Assembly: GCA_963799485.1 (NCBI GenBank)
Contig: CAWCXJ010000008.1
Span: 192,001 to 256,000 of the forward strand
Direction: 5' to 3'
Source: an uncultured Trueperaceae bacterium
GTDB taxonomy: Bacteria > Deinococcota > Deinococci > Deinococcales > Trueperaceae
DNA: 64,000 bases
Positions 39,382-48,618 of the stretch are shown one piece after another. Every line of letters begins with the position of its first letter. Within the stretch, counting starts at the first letter, position 1. The position numbers and the translations under genes were made by a program. The notes under the pieces were generated by a model, which had not been told where the DNA came from, searched no databases, and saw nothing but the letters and a program-made list of their open reading frames with translations.

Positions 39382-40939
39382 CCCCCGCCGCGGCGTCGGG
39401 GGCGGGACCCCGACCCTGCGCCAGCACCCGCTCGAACTCCTCGCGCACGATTTTCCGGGTGTCTTTGCGAATGGTCTGCACGATGTTGTAGGCCTGCACG
39501 ATGCCTGAAAGCACGATCATCGCGCCGAAGGCGGCCCGCGCCATGTACCAGGGGCGGATCATGGTGAGCACGTTGACCTCGGGCACTCCCTGCAGCCACG
39601 ACTGCCCCTGGATAAAGCCGGCAATGGTCAGCGACCAGAAAAAGCCGGTAAAGCCTATCAAAATAAGCCAGTAGGTCCATTCGGAGAGAGTGCGGCTGTA
39701 GATGGGCTTGTCGTAGATGTGCGCCACCGCGTACTCGATAAAGCCGATGCCTAAAAAGGTAAACGCGCCCAGCAAGGCCAGGTGCGCGTGCGCCACCACG
39801 AAGTTGGTGAAGTGCGTGAAGCGGTTGAACTGCTGCACTGCCTGGAACGAGCCTTGGATGTTGACGAGCAGGTAAAAAACGAGCGCGGTGAGGCTAAAGC
39901 GCAGCGGCATGTTGGTAAAAAACTTGCCCCACGAGCCGCGCATGGTCATGATGATGTCGGTTACAAAGGCGAACACGGGCACGAGGAGCATGATGGACGA
40001 AATCGTCGCGTAGCTCTTGAGCCAGCCCGGAATCGGCGCTTGCAAGAGGTGATGGTGGCCCACGCCGGTGTAGAAAAAGGCTATACCCCAGAACGAGATA
40101 AACGAGAGCGTCTGCGAGTAGAGCGGCGTGTTGGTGAGCCTGGGAATCAAATAGTAAAGGATCGCCAAGAGCATTGGCGTGAGCCACAACCCGAAGAGGT
40201 TGTGGTTGGCCCACCAGTTGAGCATCCCGTCGGCGATCCAGGTCGGTGCTGCGCCCGAACCGCCCGAGCCGGTCAGCATGTTGGTCCAGCCATTACCGCT
40301 GTAGCCCTGCGGACGCCACATCACGTTGCCGATAAAAAAGTCTGCGGCGAGCCACAGCGGCGCGGCCACGATCCACCAGACCGTGACGTAGAGCGGCCTC
40401 ACCTTGCGGGTGAGCAGCGTCATCAGCACGTTGTAGATGTTGAGCAGCCAGGCGATGAGCAGCAGCACGTCTATCCACCAGACGAACTCGGCGTATTCGC
40501 GGCCCTGGTTCCAGGCGAGCCCGGCGATAGTGACGATGGCCGCGACGAACATGATGTTCCAGAGCACCGCCGAGACCTTGGCGAGCCGGGGGCTGTAGAG
40601 CCCGCGCCCCAACAGGCGCGGCAGCATATAGAAGGCCGCGCCCCAGTACATCGAGGAGAGCCAGGCGAAAATCACTCCGTTGACGTGCAACATGCGGATG
40701 CGCGGAAACGTCAAAAACGAGATGCCGTTGAACGTTTCCGGGGCAATGAGCTGGGTGGCGATGATGAGCCCGAACAAGTCCACCACCGTGAGCCAAAAAA
40801 TACTTGTGCCGAGCCACCACATCACCGCGCGGTCGCCTTTGGCAAAAGCCCCCTCTTTAGTAAAGCGTCCTGCCCCCAGTGCACCCCCGATCTCGTCGCC
40901 GAAGCGGTTTGATCTAGGTGTCCCTATTGCTTGTTCCAT
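39362..40939 (-). CDS. ccoN: C-family (cbb3-like) heme-copper oxidase subunit I
   Basis: RMLHVNG, QGREYAE, WWANHN, FYTGVGHHHL, AHAHLAL. Confidence 0.85.
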   Translation of the reverse strand: MEQAIGTPRSNRFGDEIGGALGAGRFTKEGAFAKGDRAVMWWLGTSIFWLTVVDLFGLIIATQLIAPETFNGISFLTFPRIRMLHVNGVIFAWLSSMYWGAAFYMLPRLLGRGLYSPRLAKVSAVLWNIMFVAAIVTIAGLAWNQGREYAEFVWWIDVLLLIAWLLNIYNVLMTLLTRKVRPLYVTVWWIVAAPLWLAADFFIGNVMWRPQGYSGNGWTNMLTGSGGSGAAPTWIADGMLNWWANHNLFGLWLTPMLLAILYYLIPRLTNTPLYSQTLSFISFWGIAFFYTGVGHHHLLQAPIPGWLKSYATISSIMLLVPVFAFVTDIIMTMRGSWGKFFTNMPLRFSLTALVFYLLVNIQGSFQAVQQFNRFTHFTNFVVAHAHLALLGAFTFLGIGFIEYAVAHIYDKPIYSRTLSEWTYWLILIGFTGFFWSLTIAGFIQGQSWLQGVPEVNVLTMIRPWYMARAAFGAMIVLSGIVQAYNIVQTIRKDTRKIVREEFERVLAQGRGPAPDAAAGGELGAS

Positions 40940-41059
40940 GAACCCCCCTTACCTGTAGCAACTGTTAAACAGTGCTGAGCTGCTACTCACGTTGACCTTG
41001 TAAAACGCTTTTACGCTGTGTGAGCCCCCTCCCTGAAATGTTCTAGCGTACTGAGCGCT

Positions 41060-41090
41060 ATGGTAGGAGGCAGATGTTACGGTTTTGTGA
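41060..41090 (-). promoter_or_regulatory. OmpR-type box plus -10 of the oxidase operon
   Basis: TCACA-N6-TAACA-N9-TACCAT. Confidence 0.65.
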
Positions 41091-41127
41091 AAGCTCTAAA
41101 CCGACAGCTCCGGGACGCCGGAAAACG

Positions 41128-41158
41128 TCATAAAACGGTAACAAACGACGCCTAGAGT
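41128..41158 (+). promoter_or_regulatory. OmpR-type box plus -10 of two-component system 1
   Basis: TCATA-N6-TAACA-N9-TAGAGT. Confidence 0.65.
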
Positions 41159-41252
41159 AGGCGCTAAGACTTTTGGGTGCTAGGACTTTTAGGGCTAAGG
41201 CGTGAGGCTAGGCGGCTGCTCGAGGTTCGTGGCCTCGGTCAAGGAGGGATAT

Positions 41253-41918
41253 TTGACTATCTTGGTAGTAGACGACGACCCGTCGATCCGCGAAGTGCTG
41301 CGCGTCTTTCTCGAGCGCGAAGGCTTCGAGGTCGTCGAGGCCGCAGACGGCGCGAGCGCCCTGGCGAGCGCACCGGGGGTAGACCTGGTTGTGCTGGACC
41401 TGATGCTCCCCGAACTCAGCGGTTGGGAGGTGGCTAAGGTACTGCTGCGAGACCGTCCAGAACTGCGTATCGTCATTCTCACAGCGCGAAATACTGAAAA
41501 CGAGCGGGTCTACGGTCTGGAACTGGGAGCAGACGATTACGTGGTAAAACCGTTTAGTGCGCGTGAGGTCGTGGCGCGTATCAAATCGCTGCTGCGCCGC
41601 GCGGGGCTTAGCGATCAGCTGCGCTACGGTGAGCTGTCGATTCAGCTCGGGACCCGCGACGTCTACTTGAGGGGAACCAAATTGCTGCTTTCCAAGCTCG
41701 AGTTCGAGCTGCTCGTCACCCTCGCCCAGCACCCCGGCTTGGCCTGGAGCCGCACCCGCTTGCTCGAGCGCGTCTGGGGTGGCGACTTTCCCGGCAACGA
41801 ACGCGTAGTAGATTCGCGCATCGCTATTTTACGGCGAAAACTCGACGACGCTTCGGAGCAGCCGCGCTATATCGAGACCGTCCACGGGGTCGGCTACCGC
41901 TTTATCGAGTCGTCATGA
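41253..41918 (+). CDS. OmpR-family response regulator
   Basis: VDDD, LDLMLP, GADDYVVKPF, ETVHGVGY; SD AAGGAGG before TTG. Confidence 0.92.
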   Translation: MTILVVDDDPSIREVLRVFLEREGFEVVEAADGASALASAPGVDLVVLDLMLPELSGWEVAKVLLRDRPELRIVILTARNTENERVYGLELGADDYVVKPFSAREVVARIKSLLRRAGLSDQLRYGELSIQLGTRDVYLRGTKLLLSKLEFELLVTLAQHPGLAWSRTRLLERVWGGDFPGNERVVDSRIAILRRKLDDASEQPRYIETVHGVGYRFIESS

Positions 41919-43087
41919 AGATTTTTGGTCGCTTATTCGTAAGTCACCTGCTGACCGCTGTTGTTGCCAGCGCCGGCATCGTCGTCGGGGTTGGCCTGCT
42001 GTCGCCGACCTTTTACGGTCAACATCTGGACCGTCTTGCCAGCACAGGGATCAGTGCCCAGGCGTACCGTGCGGTTCTTGCCGAGGGGCACCAGCGCGTC
42101 ATGCTACTGGCGTTGGCAATTTCACTGCCCATTGCCCTTGTGTTGGCTATGACCGTCTCATACCGCGAGGCGCGGCGCGTGGCTACGGCTGCCGAAAAGC
42201 TTGAAGTGGGGAGTCGCGCCCTGGCGGGCGGTCACTACACGGCGCGCCTCGAGGTCGCCGGAAACGATGAACTGACCGCTATCGCCCAGCACTTTAACGA
42301 GCTGGCTGAAGGTTTGGCGGCAACTGAAGCGGAGCGCTCGGCGCTGATCGGCATCGTCGCGCATGAACTGCATACGCCTCTTTCAGCGCTGCAGGGCTAC
42401 ACCGAGGCTTTTGCCGAAAAGCTGATGCCCTTAGACGCAGTGGCGACCGCGATGAACCGCGAGCTCGAGGCGATGCGGCGCGTGACCAACGATCTGCTGC
42501 TGGTTTCGCGTATCGAGGCGCGCGGCGTCGAGATCAGGCGTACACCCTGCTCCGCAGCTGGACTGTTAGCAGACGCTTACGACCGCTTCCAACCCATCTT
42601 TGAAGAACGGGGGCTCGCCCTAAAACTCCAGGAAACGAGCCTTTTGCCCTCTGTTTATGCAGATTACGACCGGGTTTTGCAGGTTCTTTCGAACCTGCTT
42701 GCGAACGCGCTCAGGTACACGCCGACCGGTGGCCTGGTGGTTGTCGGGGCCGGGGTTCAGGAGGGAGCGGTCAGGTTTTTTGTAAGTGATGATGGCCCCG
42801 GTATCGCGAGCGCTCACCAGCAGCGCATCTTCGAACGTTTCTACAGGATTGACCCGGCGCGTAGCCACCGTGACGGTGGCAGTGGTATCGGGCTTACCGT
42901 CGCAAAGGGTTTGGTCGAGGCGATGGGCGGCCGGATCGGGCTCGAGAGTGAAGAGGGTCGTGGCAGCAGGTTTTACTTTACCTGCCCGGCCTGCAGCAGT
43001 GACGACCAATGTTTTCCCGAGCTGGTCGCTACGGCAAGAAACTACAAAGCGCAGGCTGCAAAACGTATAAGCCACACTCGCATTTAG
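41915..43087 (+). CDS. Sensor histidine kinase (HAMP, BaeS/CopS-like)
   Basis: AHELHTPL, NALRY, DDGPGI, GSGIGL. Confidence 0.92.
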   Translation: MKIFGRLFVSHLLTAVVASAGIVVGVGLLSPTFYGQHLDRLASTGISAQAYRAVLAEGHQRVMLLALAISLPIALVLAMTVSYREARRVATAAEKLEVGSRALAGGHYTARLEVAGNDELTAIAQHFNELAEGLAATEAERSALIGIVAHELHTPLSALQGYTEAFAEKLMPLDAVATAMNRELEAMRRVTNDLLLVSRIEARGVEIRRTPCSAAGLLADAYDRFQPIFEERGLALKLQETSLLPSVYADYDRVLQVLSNLLANALRYTPTGGLVVVGAGVQEGAVRFFVSDDGPGIASAHQQRIFERFYRIDPARSHRDGGSGIGLTVAKGLVEAMGGRIGLESEEGRGSRFYFTCPACSSDDQCFPELVATARNYKAQAAKRISHTRI

Positions 43088-43125
43088 GACGGCTGCGGTG
43101 ACTAGCTGGGCGAGACGTGAGACGT

Positions 43126-43341
43126 ATGGAATTTGGATTTTTATCATTTTCGGCAGCGCCTTATTTCGTCATACCCTGGTACGCGTTTGGTCCGGGCGCG
43201 GTTGTCTGGGTCGTCCGTGATACCTACACCGTCGCCGCCCACGTCAACGCTGCGCTCAACAAGAGGCCTAGCCGGTTATCGTTTTCTTTTTTTCGGTACT
43301 CGGTCTCGGTGTGTCTCTCTGGGGCTGCCGCGCACCCGTGA
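43126..43341 (+). pseudogene. Membrane-protein remnant (DUF4396-like N-terminus)
   Basis: FVIPWYAFG...WVVRDTY continues in another frame as VIVFFFSVLGLGVSLWGCRAP, then stops. Confidence 0.45.
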
Positions 43342-43497
43342 TCGGCAAGAAAAAAGCGATAAGGCTACGGTTCAACCCAGAAAAGCGCGTTCTAGCCGGG
43401 TATCTTTACAGACTTTATCAGGGACGGTACGGGCTGCAAGCACAGTGGACACCTAGCAAAAAGGGCAGGTAAGCGTTCGCGCCACGGCCAGGGGGTT

Positions 43498-43530
43498 CTT
43501 TACAGGGGCTTTACAAATCTCTGATACCCT
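43498..43530 (+). promoter_or_regulatory. OmpR-type direct repeat plus -10, upstream of DUF3105 and two-component system 2
   Basis: CTTTAC-N5-CTTTACA-N9-TACCCT. Confidence 0.7.
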
Positions 43531-43643
43531 CGGCTATAATATGGCTAGCACTTTATCAAAACTGCAGAAATCCTGCTAAACCAAAGTCGCCACCGCAAAG
43601 CCTAGCAAGTAGTCGCTTTTGCAGATCATTTTAGGGAGTTTAC

Positions 43644-44180
43644 GTGGCAGTAAAAAACGTAAGAGGCAAGCAAAACTTTCAGGGTAGATGGAAACGACCG
43701 GTGTTCTGGTTTGCCGGTATCGGCGCAGTTGTGGTTGCTGTTGTGATAGGAGTAAGTTTTCAGCGTCCCGCTACACCGGGGGAGGCCTTTGCCAACCAGG
43801 GTAACGCGCATATCGCCGAGGGTAGTACCAGCGCAGATTATAACTCCAACCCGCCGACCTCAGGCCCCCACTGGAGTACCATCGCCGACTGGAAAAGTTA
43901 TGACTTTGTCGTCCCTGACCAGGTGCTGCTGCATAACCTCGAGGATGGTGGCGTCATCCTCTGGTACGCTCTCGGTTCGGGTGAAGAGAATCAGCAGCGC
44001 ATTCGTCAGCTCGAGGAGGTTGCACGGGGCTTTGAACGGGTCATTATTGCGCCGCGTGAGAGCTTGGGAGCCCCCTTTGCGGCAACCGCTTGGCAGCGGC
44101 GGCAGCTCTTCGAGACGCTCGGTACTGCTGAGATGCGCACCTTTATCGAAGCTTATGAAGGTATTGACCACCATGGCTAG
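43644..44180 (+). CDS. DUF3105 protein
   Basis: YNSNPPTSGPH, LHNLEDG, ATAW. Confidence 0.85.
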   Translation: MAVKNVRGKQNFQGRWKRPVFWFAGIGAVVVAVVIGVSFQRPATPGEAFANQGNAHIAEGSTSADYNSNPPTSGPHWSTIADWKSYDFVVPDQVLLHNLEDGGVILWYALGSGEENQQRIRQLEEVARGFERVIIAPRESLGAPFAATAWQRRQLFETLGTAEMRTFIEAYEGIDHHG

Positions 44181-44261
44181 CGGTTTTATAAGGCTGGATA
44201 TCTGGCTATGGTGAGACGGGCATCCACCTAAGCACGCTGTGGCTTGGTTTGAAGAGGTCTA

Positions 44262-44948
44262 GTGGCTGAGCGAATTTTACTGGTAGAAGACGATCCCGAT
44301 ATCGTCAGGATTGTCCAGGCATACCTGACCCGTGAAGGATTTCAGGTCGAAACAGCAGTAGACGGCGCAACCGGCTTGGCTTCAGCACTAGCCCAGCCAC
44401 CTGCACTCATCGTACTCGACTGGATGCTACCGCGCCTCGACGGTGAGACGTTTATGATGCACTTGCGCCTGACACTCGCCACACCCGTTATAATGCTCAC
44501 AGCTAAAGGTGAAGAGGACGACCGACTACGGGGTTTTGAGCTTGGCGTAGATGACTACATTCCCAAGCCCTTTAGTCCCCGTGAACTCGTCGCCCGTATT
44601 CACGCCGTTTTGCGCCGTGCGCACGGTGAAAAGGTTTCTACCCAGGCTATCTGGCGCGGGAACCTATGGATCGATCCCGTAAAACGTCTTGCAAGTTTGG
44701 GCGGGCACCAGCTAGACCTGACCACACGCGAGTTTGAGCTGCTCTATACGCTAGCAGAGCAACCGGGGCGGGTATGGCACCGCAACGAACTTCTAGACCG
44801 CGTTTGGGGGCGCGACTTTACCGGTATAGACCGCGTGGTTGACGTCCATGTGTCCAATTTGCGCCTGAAGCTCGAGGCGTTTTGCGGCACAGCTGTACTT
44901 GCCACTGTTCGTGGTGTAGGTTACAAGTTTGTCGAGAGTCCAGCGTGA
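44262..44948 (+). CDS. OmpR-family response regulator (CopR-like by context)
   Basis: VEDD, LDWMLP, KPFSPREL, TVRGVGY. Confidence 0.92.
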   Translation: MAERILLVEDDPDIVRIVQAYLTREGFQVETAVDGATGLASALAQPPALIVLDWMLPRLDGETFMMHLRLTLATPVIMLTAKGEEDDRLRGFELGVDDYIPKPFSPRELVARIHAVLRRAHGEKVSTQAIWRGNLWIDPVKRLASLGGHQLDLTTREFELLYTLAEQPGRVWHRNELLDRVWGRDFTGIDRVVDVHVSNLRLKLEAFCGTAVLATVRGVGYKFVESPA

Positions 44949-46075
44949 GGTTTTCCCGTAATCTAAGCCTCTACTGGCGTTTGCTCGCTTCGTACCTCCT
45001 TTTGATCGTCGTTTGCTGCACCATCTTTTTCCTAAGTGCGGAGATGTTCGGCCCCATTTTGTTGGATCACCATGTTCGCGATATGCAGGCGGCCATGAAC
45101 CGCGTGACACCGCAAACGTTCGGGGCAGCGATGGCGTCGGATTTGGGTGACGCGTACCGGCGGGCGCTCAATCAGTCGATACTCTGGGGTCTGCTCGTCT
45201 CTGCCGGTATTGCCGGCGGGATAGCCCTGTTTGTCACAAGCCGCATCGTCGCGCCGCTAAAAAGTATGCAGCGCGCAAGCCAGCGAATCGCGGCGGGACG
45301 TTATCAAGACCGCTTGGACGCGCAGGCTCCCGGAGAGGTGGGCGACCTCGCGGGATCGTTTAATGCGATGGCAGAAACCCTGGCGCAAACCGAAAGGCGA
45401 CGCGTCGAGCTGTTAGCGAGCGTAGCGCACGAGTTCAAAACGCCGCTGAGTAGTCTGCACGGTTATCTCGACGGGCTCGAGGATGGCGTCTTCCGCACCG
45501 ACCCCGAAACGCTGACGGCGTGCCAACGCCAGGTCAGGCGGCTCGAGCGCTTGGTCGCTGACCTCTCACTGCTTTCACGGGTCGAGACCGGTCAGGAGCA
45601 GTTCACCAAGAAGCCGGTACCGATACGTGATCTGCTCGTGCAAGCTTCAGGCACCTTTCGCCCCCAGTTTGAAAAGCGCAAGGTTGCGTTTGTCGTCGAG
45701 CCCGTTTCCGCGTCATGGTGCGTGCTTGCCGACACCGACCGCACCGAGCAGGTACTTTCGAACCTCATCGTTAATGCCCTGCGCCACACGCCCCCCGGTG
45801 GTACCGTTAAGCTTGCAGCCCGTGAACAGGGCCGCGCTGAGATCGTTTTCGAGGTTCGGGACACCGGCGCGGGCGTCGCCGCTGAAGACTTGCCTCACCT
45901 CTTTACCCGCTTTTACCGGGGTGACAAAGCCCGTCAGTATAGTCAAGGGGGCGGAAGCGGTATCGGCTTGACGATTGCCAAGCACTATGTCGAGGCCCAG
46001 GGTGGGCAGCTCGCGGTGCGTACAGAAGCGGGCTGGGGCGGCATTTTTACCTTTTCCCTGCCCCGTTTGAGCTAG
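44945..46075 (+). CDS. Sensor histidine kinase (CopS-like by context)
   Basis: Periplasmic DHHVRDM...M...M; AHEFKTPL, NALRH, GSGIGL. Confidence 0.92.
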   Translation: MRFSRNLSLYWRLLASYLLLIVVCCTIFFLSAEMFGPILLDHHVRDMQAAMNRVTPQTFGAAMASDLGDAYRRALNQSILWGLLVSAGIAGGIALFVTSRIVAPLKSMQRASQRIAAGRYQDRLDAQAPGEVGDLAGSFNAMAETLAQTERRRVELLASVAHEFKTPLSSLHGYLDGLEDGVFRTDPETLTACQRQVRRLERLVADLSLLSRVETGQEQFTKKPVPIRDLLVQASGTFRPQFEKRKVAFVVEPVSASWCVLADTDRTEQVLSNLIVNALRHTPPGGTVKLAAREQGRAEIVFEVRDTGAGVAAEDLPHLFTRFYRGDKARQYSQGGGSGIGLTIAKHYVEAQGGQLAVRTEAGWGGIFTFSLPRLS

Positions 46076-46113
46076 CTTGGAACTCGAGCGCCGGTAACGT
46101 AAACTACAGAGGG

Positions 46114-46818
46114 TTATAACCGGCTCAGTAACCAAGTCGGCGTCACGCGTAAAAGAAAGCCGTTTAGCCAGGTGACGTAGCCGCTCACCATAAGGACGCC
46201 GAAGGACACAAGGACAACACCTGCAGCGCGTTCGGCCCAAGGCAGAAACGGACGGAACCGACCACTAAAACGCTGGAACGACCCCAAGCTTAGCGCAGCC
46301 AGAAGAAAGGGTAGCGCTAGGCCCAGCGCGTAAGCCGCCAGCAGGCTTACACCGCTCGTAAGCGTCGCCGAAGCGCCCGCCAGCGTCAAAATGGCTCCCA
46401 GAGCCGGGCCGATACAAGGCGTCCAGCCAATAGCAAACGACATTCCCATGAGAGCTGCACCCAAGGGCGTACTCGTCGCACCCTGATAATCGAGCTTAGC
46501 GGTTCGGTAAAGTAGCGGGATCTTAAAAGCGCCTAACAGCATCAAGCCGAACAGCACGACCAGCACGCCGCCGGCACGGATGAGCAGGCCTCGAGACGCC
46601 AGCAGCACCCCGCCCAGCGCACTAGCCGACGCACCTAACGCAATAAAGACGAGCGAAAACCCCAGGACAAAGAGCAGGCTGTTGCGAAAGACCGTAAGGC
46701 GGTTTTTCGAGCTGCCGCCCACATAGGCGAGATACGAGGGTACCAGGGGCAGAACGCAGGGTGAGAGAAACGAAAGTATGCCCGCGAGAAAGGCAACCGG
46801 AAGACTCGGTGCGATCAT
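46114..46818 (-). CDS. ccdA: Cytochrome c biogenesis CcdA
   Basis: SFLSPCVLPL and GWTPCIGP. Confidence 0.92.
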   Translation of the reverse strand: MIAPSLPVAFLAGILSFLSPCVLPLVPSYLAYVGGSSKNRLTVFRNSLLFVLGFSLVFIALGASASALGGVLLASRGLLIRAGGVLVVLFGLMLLGAFKIPLLYRTAKLDYQGATSTPLGAALMGMSFAIGWTPCIGPALGAILTLAGASATLTSGVSLLAAYALGLALPFLLAALSLGSFQRFSGRFRPFLPWAERAAGVVLVSFGVLMVSGYVTWLNGFLLRVTPTWLLSRL

Positions 46819-46824
46819 ACCTTC

Positions 46825-46857
46825 AGTGTAAGTGTCTTGTGTAAAGTTGGCGTAAAG
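46825..46857 (-). promoter_or_regulatory. Direct repeat plus -10 of leaderless ccdA
   Basis: CTTTAC-N5-CTTTACA-N9-TACACT-N6-ATG. Confidence 0.7.
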
Positions 46858-47032
46858 CTTACGCTTTAGCCGACCTCATTATTCCGGTAGCGCTCGACGG
46901 TTGCATTACACCCTTGCGTACTGCTAGTTCGTCAGTGAAGCCAGACTGTGACGAACCAGCTGCAGCCTACCGTGTTGGTTTAGCGGTTGCTCAGTTTTGA
47001 CACGGTGTCCGAGTCTTTTTGCACGCTGATAC

Positions 47033-47065
47033 CTTTATGTAGGCTTTACAAAACGTCGGTACGCT
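47033..47065 (+). promoter_or_regulatory. Direct repeat plus -10 of the multicopper oxidase-lgt operon
   Basis: CTTTAT-N5-CTTTACA-N9-TACGCT. Confidence 0.7.
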
Positions 47066-47077
47066 TTTTTTGAAAGG

Positions 47078-48565
47078 ATGTCTATGCGCATTACACGAAG
47101 AACATTTTTGAAATCGGCGGGGCTTGGCGTCGTCGGTGCAGCCCTCTCAAATTCCTTGATCGGTAGCAGCGTTTTAGCAAGCGCGCCGCAAGCGACGTTT
47201 CCAACCCCGCCCGAAACGGGCCAACGACTCGCCGACGGTACGCTTCGTATCTCACTACGCGCTGCCGAAGGCGAGGTCGCGGTCGCAGACCGCACCGCCA
47301 AGTTGTTGACCTATAACGGGCAGTTTCCCGGACCAACGCTGCGGTTACGCGAAGGAGAACGCGTTGCGCTCACGTTGACCAACGATCTGCCTAAACCCAC
47401 CAATCTTCACTTCCACGGTCTTCACATTTCGCCACAGGGAAAGGGTGACAACGTTTTCCGGATCGTCGAGCCGGGAGAAACGGCGGAGTACGCCTTTACC
47501 GTGCCTCAGGGTTCTGCAGGAACGTACTGGTATCACCCACACGTCCACGGGGACGCATCGAGGCAACAGTTTCACGGTCTCGCCGGCGCAATTGTGGTCG
47601 AAGGTGCTGCCGACGCAACCTTTCGCGGGCTTCCAGAGCAGCTACTGGTGCTTAAAGATATCGAGTTCCGGGCGGATGGACAGGTACCGCCACATACCAG
47701 AACAGACTGGATGATGGGGCGCGAGGGCAGTCTGCTGACGGTCAACGGCGCGGTCAAGCCAAAGTTGACCGTAGCCGATGGCGCTGTGCGGCTCCGGCTG
47801 CTTAACGCGTCGAACGCACGCTACTACCGCCTTCATATCCCGGGGGCGACGTTTCACGTTACGGCTACCGATGGGGGCAGTGTCGGCGCACCTTACCGCG
47901 TTAAAGAATTGCTCTTGGCTCCCGGCGAACGTTACGAGGTCGTCGCGCAGTTTCCGCAGCGTGGGCGCTACTCGCTGCAAACCCTGCCGTACAACCGCTC
48001 TCCCGAGGAGATGGAGATGGAACCGGCGGGTGGGGGCATGACCGGCATGAACATGGAGCCGGCGGGCGATGGCCCGAGCGGGATGGACAGGGGGCCAAGC
48101 AAACGTGCAGAACTCGCTGAATTCGAGGTAGGCGCTGCAAGCCGCTTTGAAATGCCTCAGGTACTAACCGCGATCACTGCGTTACGACCTGAGGACGCCA
48201 CCTTACGGCGGCGCATTGTACTTACTGAAGACATGGAGAACCTGGAGTTTTATATCAACGGCAAATTGTTCGACGCGGAGCGCACCGACTTTAGGCCAAA
48301 ACTTGATACCGTCGAGCACTGGGAGTTCGTCAATGAGAGCGGTATGGATCATCCCATGCACCTGCACGTGCACCCCTTTCAAGTCTATTCAAAACGTGGT
48401 CAAAGGGAGGCGCAAACCACCTGGAAAGATGTCGTCAATGTTCCGGCTAAAAGCAGTGTGGAACTTCTCGTAGCGTTTGCGGATTATCCGGGGCGAACAA
48501 TGCTACACTGCCACATCCTCGAGCACGAAGACTTTGGCATGATGAGCGTGGTGGACCCGGTTTAG
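47078..48565 (+). CDS. Tat-exported multicopper oxidase (CueO-like)
   Basis: TRRTFLK, HFHG, WYHPH, HPMHLH, HCHILEHED; Met-rich loop. Confidence 0.93.
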   Translation: MSMRITRRTFLKSAGLGVVGAALSNSLIGSSVLASAPQATFPTPPETGQRLADGTLRISLRAAEGEVAVADRTAKLLTYNGQFPGPTLRLREGERVALTLTNDLPKPTNLHFHGLHISPQGKGDNVFRIVEPGETAEYAFTVPQGSAGTYWYHPHVHGDASRQQFHGLAGAIVVEGAADATFRGLPEQLLVLKDIEFRADGQVPPHTRTDWMMGREGSLLTVNGAVKPKLTVADGAVRLRLLNASNARYYRLHIPGATFHVTATDGGSVGAPYRVKELLLAPGERYEVVAQFPQRGRYSLQTLPYNRSPEEMEMEPAGGGMTGMNMEPAGDGPSGMDRGPSKRAELAEFEVGAASRFEMPQVLTAITALRPEDATLRRRIVLTEDMENLEFYINGKLFDAERTDFRPKLDTVEHWEFVNESGMDHPMHLHVHPFQVYSKRGQREAQTTWKDVVNVPAKSSVELLVAFADYPGRTMLHCHILEHEDFGMMSVVDPV

Positions 48566-48618
48566 GCAGTGGCTAACGTAATTCGGGTGATCAAGACAAG
48601 CTTGGAGGTTAAACCTTA

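Noticed and set aside
37885..39567. 560-aa plus-strand ORF
   Set aside because: Antisense shadow of ccoO in GC-rich DNA; no motifs.
39782..40912. 376-aa plus-strand ORF
   Set aside because: Antisense shadow of ccoN.
39362..40939. Nitric oxide reductase (NorB/qNOR) assignment
   Set aside because: Lacks the HLWVE Glu and keeps the helix-VII Tyr of C-family O2 reductases.
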